A stretch of 32,408 nucleotides of DNA from a candidate division WOR-3 bacterium (GTDB lineage: Bacteria; Hydrothermota; Tepidihabitantia; Tepidihabitantales; CAIPLT01): positions 9,241 through 41,648 of the forward strand of contig CBFGJZ010000013.1 in assembly GCA_965649215.1 (NCBI GenBank). Direction: 5' to 3'. The notes under the pieces are model-generated. The model searched no databases. It saw nothing but the letters and a program-made list of their open reading frames with translations, and had not been told where the DNA came from. Of the stretch, positions 21,462-29,699 are shown piece by piece (position 1 is the first letter of the stretch; the number at the start of each line of letters is the position of its first letter). Position numbers and translations under genes: made by a program.

Positions 21462-22772
21462 CTAGTCAAGATTAGTTAACTCTTTAAAATGTTCTTTGAA
21501 GATACGATAGTACATCAGTTCTTCTTTGCTTGACAACTGCCAGCCGCAGGGTAAAACAGATTCTTTGTTAAAATCTGGATCAGAAATATTTTTACGAGCG
21601 TACTCAGAGATTAATTCACCAATGCCAGCACCCTGCCAGAATTTTGCTTTGGTTCGATTTACGACAGAGTCGGGTAATAAATTATCCAGCGCCTGGCGTA
21701 ATATCCATTTTTCAATATTATTACGGAGTTTATATTCAGTTGGAATTTGTAATGCATATTCGACAACCGCTGGGGCAACAAACGGAACCTGCGCAGTCAA
21801 GCCAAATGCCGACGCACAGCGGTCAACTCTTTGTAAAGTAGTATTATGAAGACGGTTCATAATATCAACCAATTCATCGGCCAAAAAGAGCGGATTGAGA
21901 GTTTTTAAGTATTCGTAGCCGGCAAATAGTTCATCTGCGCCTTCGCCAGAAAAAACTTCGGAAACATACTGAGCCGCAGTTTTTGCGGCTAAGTAATTGG
22001 TGATACTGGAACGAACTAATAAGGCGTCAAATGATTCGAGATGATAGATAACTTCAGGTAAAGCTTTAAGCAAATCTTGAAAAGTGACAATTACTTCGTG
22101 GTGATGTAATTTCTGTCCAGATTGTAAATTAGATTTAAGATAATCAACAACAATCCGGGCAAATTTGATATCGGGTGCGTCTTTTAAACCGGTGGCAAAG
22201 GTGTGGATAGTTTTCGCATATTTACTCAAGAAACTGACAATTGCGCTCGAATCAAGCCCGCCAGAAAGCCAGGCACCAATCTGGTTGCCGATAATTTTAT
22301 TTTCAATCTCATGACATAAAAGCATGCGTAATTCATAAGCAATAGTTTCTGGTAAGCGGTTAAAAGAATCCTGTTTTTGATAATGTTTTTGTGCAATAAA
22401 GGTATTGTCTTGATAAAGATAACCTGGTGGAAATTCTTTGATATTGTGAGTGATATTTAACAGTGCTTTGACTTCTGATGCAAAACAGAGTGCGCCGTTG
22501 ATTTTACAATAATATAATGGAGTTATGCCTAAAGGGTCTCGCCTTAGTAACAGTTTATTGTCTTTAATTATAATCGGTATTAATTTATTCAAGTCGTTCT
22601 GTCGCTCACCGAGAATATTTGACTCGAAATTGGCATAGACAATACTGAGTGTGGCATTGTCGGTTTGAAATATTTCATTACTAAATTTGCCCCGATGTCG
22701 AATCTTTTGTAACATTTGCTGCACAAGTTCATTTTGATTAATTCGAAAAATACCTGCAATACCATAAGACAT
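21462..22772 (-). CDS. Asparagine synthetase-like ATP-dependent amide/lactam ligase with a degenerate glutaminase domain
   Basis: Synthetase motifs LSGGLDSS, SGEGADELFAGY, RVDR, KWILR. The N-terminus MSYGIAG lacks the catalytic Cys and the NGEIYN motif is absent. Confidence 0.85.
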   Translation of the reverse strand: MSYGIAGIFRINQNELVQQMLQKIRHRGKFSNEIFQTDNATLSIVYANFESNILGERQNDLNKLIPIIIKDNKLLLRRDPLGITPLYYCKINGALCFASEVKALLNITHNIKEFPPGYLYQDNTFIAQKHYQKQDSFNRLPETIAYELRMLLCHEIENKIIGNQIGAWLSGGLDSSAIVSFLSKYAKTIHTFATGLKDAPDIKFARIVVDYLKSNLQSGQKLHHHEVIVTFQDLLKALPEVIYHLESFDALLVRSSITNYLAAKTAAQYVSEVFSGEGADELFAGYEYLKTLNPLFLADELVDIMNRLHNTTLQRVDRCASAFGLTAQVPFVAPAVVEYALQIPTEYKLRNNIEKWILRQALDNLLPDSVVNRTKAKFWQGAGIGELISEYARKNISDPDFNKESVLPCGWQLSSKEELMYYRIFKEHFKELTNLD

Positions 22773-24415
22773 TATTTGTTGCCTTTGTGAAGTAGTGTTT
22801 TTAATCTTTGTGTTTCGGTCATTGGTTTACCAGTGCGGGGATTGATAACAAGATATTTGCCATTAATTGGTGCAGTAATAATTGTTCCTTGAGCAACCTT
22901 GGAATCGACCAGGTGTGGTGCATCAAGGATTCCATTTTTAACCGCCGTGTATAAAACATCCGGATTGGTCAATGGGTCGGCTACTTTTTTATTTATCTCT
23001 TTTATTGCATTCAGTATTAACTTTGCTTGTTGAATCAGTTCCTGTTTTCGTTTTTGGATAATGCGGTCAGAGATAATGTTTGGTAACTGTTTTAATGCTA
23101 ATCGAATTGCACCATGAGTGATTTTAGCGCTCTCAATAATCTCTTTGGCAGTAGCATTGTAATTGGCTTCGCAATAACCGACAACATGGACGATATGCGG
23201 TTTGAGCATCATACCGACCAAGACGGACGCGGCTAAATGTCCTTTGGCAATATCTGGTTCAGGCGGCATACTCCGTAAACCAGTTCTAATTTGACGAAAA
23301 CTGTTAAAATTACTGTCGTGCAAAGATTCAATCATTTCGATTTTCGCAAGCATTTTTGCCAAGTCCATTTGGGGACTGGTTTCAGGCGGAGTATTGAGCA
23401 TATATTGGGATACATAATTTCTGACACCCAGTTTTTTCGCATTATACGCGGCTAAATAAGCAGTTGCCACAGCCAATGCATCATGACTGTCACGCAAACT
23501 CCATTGATGGGCATCATTAACTTCAATTGGGATATTATGTTTTGCATACCATTTAATCGTTGCCTGATTTTCTTTTATGGCGTTGAGTAAAGTTCGATTT
23601 GAGCGTCGGTCAAGTTCATTATACCAGAATAAAGGCACAGCGCCCCAGGCAATCCTGATAGTTTTAACCAACATTTTTGCCCAATCGATTAAATGGTCAG
23701 TGCCGGCATAACATCTGAGTAAGGGATAATTACCACAACGGGTTGCTTGATAGATTGCCTTTAAATCAGACGCTTTACGGATTGGCACACCACCAGCACC
23801 GCTGCCAGATTTTGGCATCTGATTTGGCGTGAAAAAGTATTGCTGGGCATTCTGGTCTGGAGCAATACTGATAATATCCAATACTTTTGCCAAAGCGATT
23901 TTTTTGGCATCAATCACAGTCTGCTTGACGGTTTTTAAACCGAGATGATGTCTTAACAGGGGATAAGGATAGTTTTGTTTAATACGCTCTACTAAGGTTT
24001 GGGCATAATCTGTTTTTGCGTTGTTTCCTGATTTTGCTTTAAGATAATTGATTATGGTTTGAATTGATTCAGCGCCAGAAAAGACTGCTTCAAACATCTT
24101 AGTCTCTCGAGCAACTTTAGCGACCGAAGTCGTACCGCCAAAAGCAAGGCGAGTATTTTCAAGATGATATTTACGCAGTTCTTTTTTTAAGTCATTAAAT
24201 AAATCTTGAGCAGTTTCTGGCGATAGACGATAACTGACCACGGCTAAGTCAGGTTGTTTATCTTTAATTGCAGATACGAATTTTTTTATGCCGATGGCTG
24301 GACCTAAGAATTCCGTATCATACCCATGGTTTTGTGCCAAGCGTAGAAAATTTATAATACCGGCAACATGCACGCAATTACCAATACAAGCCCCTAAAAT
24401 TTTATTGCCTTGCAC
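22772..24415 (-). CDS. Cobalamin-binding protein with a C-terminal glutamate-mutase-like catalytic domain; function unknown
   Basis: N-terminal B12 Rossmann domain: GNCVHVAG (variant DxHxxG), LG, VSYRL (SxL-like), FGG. The ~400 aa C-terminal domain resembles glutamate mutase epsilon by eye (low-identity inference). Confidence 0.72.
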   Translation of the reverse strand: MQGNKILGACIGNCVHVAGIINFLRLAQNHGYDTEFLGPAIGIKKFVSAIKDKQPDLAVVSYRLSPETAQDLFNDLKKELRKYHLENTRLAFGGTTSVAKVARETKMFEAVFSGAESIQTIINYLKAKSGNNAKTDYAQTLVERIKQNYPYPLLRHHLGLKTVKQTVIDAKKIALAKVLDIISIAPDQNAQQYFFTPNQMPKSGSGAGGVPIRKASDLKAIYQATRCGNYPLLRCYAGTDHLIDWAKMLVKTIRIAWGAVPLFWYNELDRRSNRTLLNAIKENQATIKWYAKHNIPIEVNDAHQWSLRDSHDALAVATAYLAAYNAKKLGVRNYVSQYMLNTPPETSPQMDLAKMLAKIEMIESLHDSNFNSFRQIRTGLRSMPPEPDIAKGHLAASVLVGMMLKPHIVHVVGYCEANYNATAKEIIESAKITHGAIRLALKQLPNIISDRIIQKRKQELIQQAKLILNAIKEINKKVADPLTNPDVLYTAVKNGILDAPHLVDSKVAQGTIITAPINGKYLVINPRTGKPMTETQRLKTLLHKGNK

Positions 24416-25983
24416 TATCGCCTACCTTCTTCAACAAAACGACGGATTTGCCGAACCGTCATACCATCTAAGCCGAGTTTGTTAATAGTTCGACCTTCTG
24501 CCCAGTAATTCCGATTATGCAAGACATTGGCAAGTTGAATGATTGATTTCATGGTCGGTACTTTAACCCCCAGATATTCTCCCAATGATGCGATTGGCAC
24601 CAGGCTGGTTGGTACATCTTCAGCAATATAGCGATGGTCAATTGTATTTGGCGCTAAAATACCGTGGTAATTATAATTTGCCTGAATTGCTTCATATAGA
24701 TTATCACCAGCAACGCCATATGCCTGATAAATCCATTCTCGCGCAGTCAACACCCTGATACCCAATGCTTCAGCGACTTTGACCCGCTCGGCATCGAGCG
24801 CTTCCAAGACCAGCGACACCGAAGGGCTGGCACCTTCGTGGTAATAACTAAAATTGCCTTTTTCATTTTCAATCCAGGCAGTATTAAGAACAGTCAAGGC
24901 AGGATGAAAGATTGCGCCAATATTACTCAGACCAGTTTTCAAGACATTATCACCAGCAACAAACTGATGAAATGTATTTTTCAGTGATGCTAAAACATCA
25001 GGCAGGTGAAATGCGGGCAGGGTTGCGATAGGCACTGCATTTTTAATTCCAAAAATCCGAACCTGACCCGGATTTGTAATTCTTGATGCATAGAGCAGGG
25101 TTTCAGCTTCAGCCAGAAAATAATATTTATTGATTTTTAACTGACGGAGCATTTCAGCAAAAACCAGAGCGCCACCAGTCCGACCCGGATTTAACAAAAC
25201 TATTTGACCATCGGTAAGGTGTGGTCCTAAAATTCGAGCCATTTCAATATGACCCAAAGCCGGCACCACAACCATGACGATATCAACATCTGCTAATGCC
25301 TGCTTGACATCGGTTGTAACCAAATTTAACTTTGCAGTGCCGTTAATCTCACCGGTAACTTCAATTTCATTACTCGCCTGAATGGTTCGAATCCGGTCTG
25401 CACTGCGGTTATACAGGTTGACTTTACGACCGGTCAAAGCCAGATGTGCTGCCATTGCTAAACCGCCATTACCAGCACCAACAATACAGATAGTCTGAGA
25501 GTCTTCAGCCGGTTCAATTTGCCCGAGCGGTAATTCCTGCTCTTTAATAAAATTCAATATCCCGGCGGGTGATTCTGTTTTTAATAAAGTTTCTGTAAAA
25601 AAAGGTTCGTGAAAAAGATGCGCAAGACGACTTAAAATTTTAAGCTGAAAATTATGTCCGATTAAACGATTAATCACCAGAAAAATTATGTTTGCTGGTT
25701 TATCATCAATGGCATTAAAATCAATACCCGATTTACTGATGCCAATGGCGATGATTGGTTGATGCACGGCATTGGTGCAGGTATGCGGAATTGCAATACC
25801 CTGACCAATGCCAAAAGTGCCTTTGCGTTCAGTCGCCTGCAGGTCTTTAACAGCCAGTTCAGGATTACTTAATCGCCCGGCATTTTTCAATGCTTCGGTT
25901 AATTCTTGATAAACTTCTAATCTGGTGGTGCTTTTTAAATCAAGTATAATTGCATTTTCGACAATGAATTTGTGAATAAACAT
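24415..25983 (-). CDS. PTS EIIA domain fused to an NAD/NADP octopine/nopaline (opine) dehydrogenase
   Basis: N-terminal GIGQGIAIPH (EIIA-2); C-terminal GAGNGG, NPGRTGG, NIGAIFHP, LDAER, HRYIAEDVP. Start ATG 25983 follows a GAGGTG SD (the track uses 25992). Confidence 0.88.
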   Translation of the reverse strand: MFIHKFIVENAIILDLKSTTRLEVYQELTEALKNAGRLSNPELAVKDLQATERKGTFGIGQGIAIPHTCTNAVHQPIIAIGISKSGIDFNAIDDKPANIIFLVINRLIGHNFQLKILSRLAHLFHEPFFTETLLKTESPAGILNFIKEQELPLGQIEPAEDSQTICIVGAGNGGLAMAAHLALTGRKVNLYNRSADRIRTIQASNEIEVTGEINGTAKLNLVTTDVKQALADVDIVMVVVPALGHIEMARILGPHLTDGQIVLLNPGRTGGALVFAEMLRQLKINKYYFLAEAETLLYASRITNPGQVRIFGIKNAVPIATLPAFHLPDVLASLKNTFHQFVAGDNVLKTGLSNIGAIFHPALTVLNTAWIENEKGNFSYYHEGASPSVSLVLEALDAERVKVAEALGIRVLTAREWIYQAYGVAGDNLYEAIQANYNYHGILAPNTIDHRYIAEDVPTSLVPIASLGEYLGVKVPTMKSIIQLANVLHNRNYWAEGRTINKLGLDGMTVRQIRRFVEEGRR

Positions 25984-26085
25984 TGAAATCACCTCACAAT
26001 CTTTACAAGTTTAGGTTAATTATACAATATTAGTCGCCCCATCAATAATTTCCTTGCCGCAAATTGTATAAGAACTGTTTATTAA

Positions 26086-26114
26086 AGTATAATGAAAATT
26101 GTTAATATGGTCAA
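26086..26114 (-). promoter_or_regulatory. sigma70-type promoter of the opine dehydrogenase operon
   Basis: TTGACC-17 nt-TATACT about 100 nt upstream of ATG 25983. Confidence 0.6.
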
Positions 26115-26185
26115 CCTAAAATTCTAAAAAAATTAGATTGTTTAATTAAAAATTATTCACAGATTACGATATATTGGATGATAAA

Positions 26186-27028
26186 CTATTCAATCACCGA
26201 TTTGATTTTGATTCGTTTGTCTTCTTGGGTGAGATATGCCATGGCAATTTTAGGGTCGTGTTCAAAGAAAGAGACCCAGTTTTCAGCTACGGCTTGGGTT
26301 AAAAGTTTCTGTTTATGTTCCATGGTTTCTAAGGGAAATAAGTCATAAGCCATGAGATAGGGAAGACTAATATGTGAAACTGTCGGAATCAGATCACCCC
26401 AATAGATTAAAGTTTGATTTTCTGAAGAAATTTTAACCACTTGATGGCCAAAAGTATGTCCTGCGGTCTTCATAACTTCAATGCCATCAATTATTTGTTC
26501 CTGTTCATTAACTAAACAGAGCTGATTATTTTCTTTTAGTGGTAGAAAATTTTCTTTAAGATAACTGGCTTTAGATCGCCGATCTGGATTATTGGCTGCT
26601 TCCCATTCGCTTTTCTGGATATAATATTTAGCATGTGGAAAAGTCGGTACTACTTTGCCATTTGCATCAACTTTTGTATTACCACCACAATGGTCAAAAT
26701 GAAGGTGGGTATTTATGACAATATTGATATCAGTTACTTGATAGCCAAGTTTTTGTAAAGATTGTTCAACTGTCGTATGATGATTTACTTGATAGATATT
26801 ATTGAATTTTTCCTGTCCTTTATCACCGATACCCGTATCAATAAGAACAAGTTCTTTACCGGTATTGACAAGACAGGTTCTTAAAGCCAATAAAATACGA
26901 TTATTTTCGTCAGCAGGATTAGTTTGGTGCCATAATACTTTTGGGACGACACCAAACATGGCACCGCCGTCGAGTTTAAATAAACCATCCAGCAGTGGAT
27001 AAATCTCAAATTTTCCTAATTTCAACAC
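26186..27028 (-). CDS. Metallo-beta-lactamase-fold hydrolase (YtnP-like)
   Basis: LDGGAMFGVVPK, THLHFDHCGG, GHTFGH, GDL, FEHD. Confidence 0.9.
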   Translation of the reverse strand: MLKLGKFEIYPLLDGLFKLDGGAMFGVVPKVLWHQTNPADENNRILLALRTCLVNTGKELVLIDTGIGDKGQEKFNNIYQVNHHTTVEQSLQKLGYQVTDINIVINTHLHFDHCGGNTKVDANGKVVPTFPHAKYYIQKSEWEAANNPDRRSKASYLKENFLPLKENNQLCLVNEQEQIIDGIEVMKTAGHTFGHQVVKISSENQTLIYWGDLIPTVSHISLPYLMAYDLFPLETMEHKQKLLTQAVAENWVSFFEHDPKIAMAYLTQEDKRIKIKSVIE

Positions 27029-27067
27029 AGATGATAAATAATATTAAATAAGGTGGATTTATTTTTG

Positions 27068-27637
27068 TTATGCTTGAGTGGCAACCGCTCGCTTACCTGC
27101 TTTCTTACGGACATATTCACCTTTATAGCGGATTCCTTTACCGTGATACACATCAGGAGGCTTGGTGGCACGAATTTCAGCAGCGATTTCACCTACGAGT
27201 TGTTTATCAGCACCTTTAAGGGTAATTTCAAACATCTGTTCTTTTGTATCTTCTGGATTAGGGACTTGTTTGATATCAACGCTAATCTCTTTGGGAATTG
27301 TAAAATCAACAGGATGGATGAAACCAACATGAACTTGAAGACCTTCTTTGGTCTTTTGAGCACGATATCCCATACCCCGCACTTCAAGAATTTTTTCGAA
27401 ACCAACTGTTACTCCTTTCAGCATATTTTTCAGGTGAGCTTGAATTGTGCCAACATACATAGACGAATTCGGTTGTTTTTCAGTAACTGTAATCATATTA
27501 TTTTCGATTTTCACATTTACCGTTGGATGGATTTTAAGTTGCAATTCACCTAATGGACCTTTGACAGTTATTTTATCATCCGCTTGCTGGATCGTTACTC
27601 CAGACGGAATCGGAATTGGTTTATTTCTTTTTGCCAT
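27068..27637 (-). CDS. rplF: 50S ribosomal protein L6 (uL6), orphan and divergent copy
   Basis: KPIPIPSGV, VKGPLGEL, NMLKGVTVGFEKILEVRGMGYRA, GADKQLVG, GKGIRYKGEYVRKKAGK. Confidence 0.93.
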   Translation of the reverse strand: MAKRNKPIPIPSGVTIQQADDKITVKGPLGELQLKIHPTVNVKIENNMITVTEKQPNSSMYVGTIQAHLKNMLKGVTVGFEKILEVRGMGYRAQKTKEGLQVHVGFIHPVDFTIPKEISVDIKQVPNPEDTKEQMFEITLKGADKQLVGEIAAEIRATKPPDVYHGKGIRYKGEYVRKKAGKRAVATQA

Positions 27638-27645
27638 AGATAATA

Positions 27646-27673
27646 ATTATACTAAAAAAAATCTAATCGTCAA
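27646..27673 (-). promoter_or_regulatory. sigma70-type promoter of rplF
   Basis: TTGACG-16 nt-TATAAT, 8 nt before the ATG. Confidence 0.7.
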
Positions 27674-27707
27674 GAATAATTATCTTTACGAAATAACTAT
27701 CTATAAA

Positions 27708-27735
27708 TTGACTTTTTAGTTTTTAACGATAAAAT
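27708..27735 (+). promoter_or_regulatory. sigma70-type promoter of the EIIA-permease gene (back-to-back with the rplF promoter)
   Basis: TTGACT-16 nt-TAAAAT, 7 nt before ATG 27743. Confidence 0.65.
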
Positions 27736-27742
27736 AATACAA

Positions 27743-29698
27743 ATGGAAAATTTTAGTTTGAAAACATTTTTTTCACCTGATTTAATTTTTATTAATGATC
27801 AATTAGAAAATCAGGAAGCGGTTTTTCATTTCATTGCCGATAAATTACAAGAGAAAAATCTAATTGATAACACTTCAAGGAACGAAGTTATTGAATTACT
27901 AAAAAATCGTGAAATTAGCACTTCAACAGGTATTGGTAATGGCATTGCTGTACCCCATATAATTTTACCAAATATTAATAAGATTTTTGGTTGTGTTGTT
28001 AAGCTTGACAAAGGAATTGATTGGAAGGCTATTGATGGACAGAGCGTAAAATTAATTGTCTTTCTTTTTGCGCCGGCGAGTCAGCGTCAATTTTATTTGC
28101 AAGTTTTAGCAATGATTGCGCAGCATTTAAATTCGCCTTTGGTCTTAAATAAACTCTTAAAAACCAAAAAGACAAGTGTTATCTATCAAATAATTACAGA
28201 GGGCTATCAAGGTAATTTTTTTGAAAGGTATCGTCGCGCAATTTACTTTTTAGGCGGACTGATTTTCTTTTTTATCCTTGCGAAATTTATCTTTTCTTAT
28301 GTTAAAATACCAGATTTAGAAATCTATCAAAAACTTGATTATTTAAAGTTTAATGAAACGGTTTGGATTAATAAAGAAATCATTTCGATGATGCTTTTCT
28401 TTAGTATGGTTTTGGGTACCTTACTATTCTTCCGTTTCCGAGTTGCTTTTGGAGCAGCGGCATTATGTCTTTTATTGCTTGCGGGCGTGATGGATATTGA
28501 GACAACGGTCAAATTTATGTCAATACCGACAATACTTTTTATCATTTCGGTAATGGTTTTAGTAAAATGGTTTGAAGCAAAAGGAGTCTTTAAATACTTA
28601 GTAGTGCGAGCATTAAAATATTTTCATAATTCGCCGATGCTGTTATTTGCGGCGTTGATGTTTTTTTCGGCTATCTTAGCAGGGTTGATTGACGAAGTTT
28701 CAGCAATTCTAATCACTTTTGGCATTGCGATGGAAATCGCTCGACATACAAAAATTAGCATTATTCCTTATCTCTTAGGATTAGTAATGGCAACTAATAT
28801 TGGTAGCGCGATGACTTTAATTGGTAATCCGATTGGTATCTATCTTGCTTTTGCAGGTAAACTTACTTTCTTTGATTTCTTGAAAAACTCAACCATAATT
28901 TCTCTATTCAGTGTTATTATCATAATATTAATTGTGTTATTTTTCTTTCGTAAAAAAATAAAAAGTGAAGGGAAAGTTGATATTACCGAAATTGAAAATA
29001 ATATTGAAGTGCCCGAGCGAAAAGAACTTTTAATCGCAACCATTGTTTTTGCGATTTTCGTTATATTTATTGTGTTACATTCTTGGTTAGAGCATTTACT
29101 ACGAGTTGAAGAACGAACCGTACTTTTAGCAACCGTACTTGGCATAGTCGGTTTTATTGTTTTACGAGAAGAAGAGCGAGGAAGGTATTTTATTGAAAAA
29201 GGACCAGATTGGTGGACTGTGCTTTATTTTATGTTCTTATTTGCCAATGCTGCGTGTTTGGAATATACAGGTGTTACGGCTAAATTGGCGCATCTTTTAG
29301 TAGCAGCGGCACATAATTTACCCTTAGGATTTTTAGGTCATCTTAAAGAAAGCACAGGTATTATGTCTCTTATGTTGTGGAGTTCAGGAATTTTATCAGG
29401 ATTTGTTGATAACTTACCGATTGTTGCTGCTTTAGTACCCGTGGTCAAAGATTTAACTGCGCAAGGTATTTTTGGTTCTAATATCTTCTGGTGGGGACTT
29501 TTATTAGGTGGTTGTTTTGGTGGCAATCTAACTATGATTGGCTCAACCGCAAATTTAGTGGCAATTGGTTTATACGAAAAATCGTTTCGTAAGAAATTTC
29601 ACTTTACAGAATGGATTAAAATTGGTATTATCGTGACCATCGTATCCCTTATCATGGCAAACTTAATATTATTTGTAAAATTATTATTAATTAAATAA
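27743..29698 (+). CDS. PTS EIIA domain fused to an ArsB/NhaD/CitM (ion transporter superfamily) permease
   Basis: N-terminal NREISTSTGIGNGIAVPH; C-terminal multi-TM domain with ATNIGSAMTLIGNP, SGFVDNLP and GGNLTMIGSTAN. Confidence 0.88.
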   Translation: MENFSLKTFFSPDLIFINDQLENQEAVFHFIADKLQEKNLIDNTSRNEVIELLKNREISTSTGIGNGIAVPHIILPNINKIFGCVVKLDKGIDWKAIDGQSVKLIVFLFAPASQRQFYLQVLAMIAQHLNSPLVLNKLLKTKKTSVIYQIITEGYQGNFFERYRRAIYFLGGLIFFFILAKFIFSYVKIPDLEIYQKLDYLKFNETVWINKEIISMMLFFSMVLGTLLFFRFRVAFGAAALCLLLLAGVMDIETTVKFMSIPTILFIISVMVLVKWFEAKGVFKYLVVRALKYFHNSPMLLFAALMFFSAILAGLIDEVSAILITFGIAMEIARHTKISIIPYLLGLVMATNIGSAMTLIGNPIGIYLAFAGKLTFFDFLKNSTIISLFSVIIIILIVLFFFRKKIKSEGKVDITEIENNIEVPERKELLIATIVFAIFVIFIVLHSWLEHLLRVEERTVLLATVLGIVGFIVLREEERGRYFIEKGPDWWTVLYFMFLFANAACLEYTGVTAKLAHLLVAAAHNLPLGFLGHLKESTGIMSLMLWSSGILSGFVDNLPIVAALVPVVKDLTAQGIFGSNIFWWGLLLGGCFGGNLTMIGSTANLVAIGLYEKSFRKKFHFTEWIKIGIIVTIVSLIMANLILFVKLLLIK

Positions 29699-29699
29699 A

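Noticed and set aside
22772-24415. Annotation as methionine synthase or B12 radical SAM
   Set aside because: No homocysteine-, pterin- or AdoMet-activation domain motifs and no CxxxCxxC.
25984-26085. Cobalamin riboswitch in the leader of the opine/B12 operon
   Set aside because: The leader is only about 100 nt, AT-rich, and shows no B12-box or GGGAA core that I can recognise.
27053-27719. 166-aa and 90-aa + strand ORFs and a 70-aa alternative-frame ORF over rplF
   Set aside because: Shadows of the clearly recognisable L6 gene.
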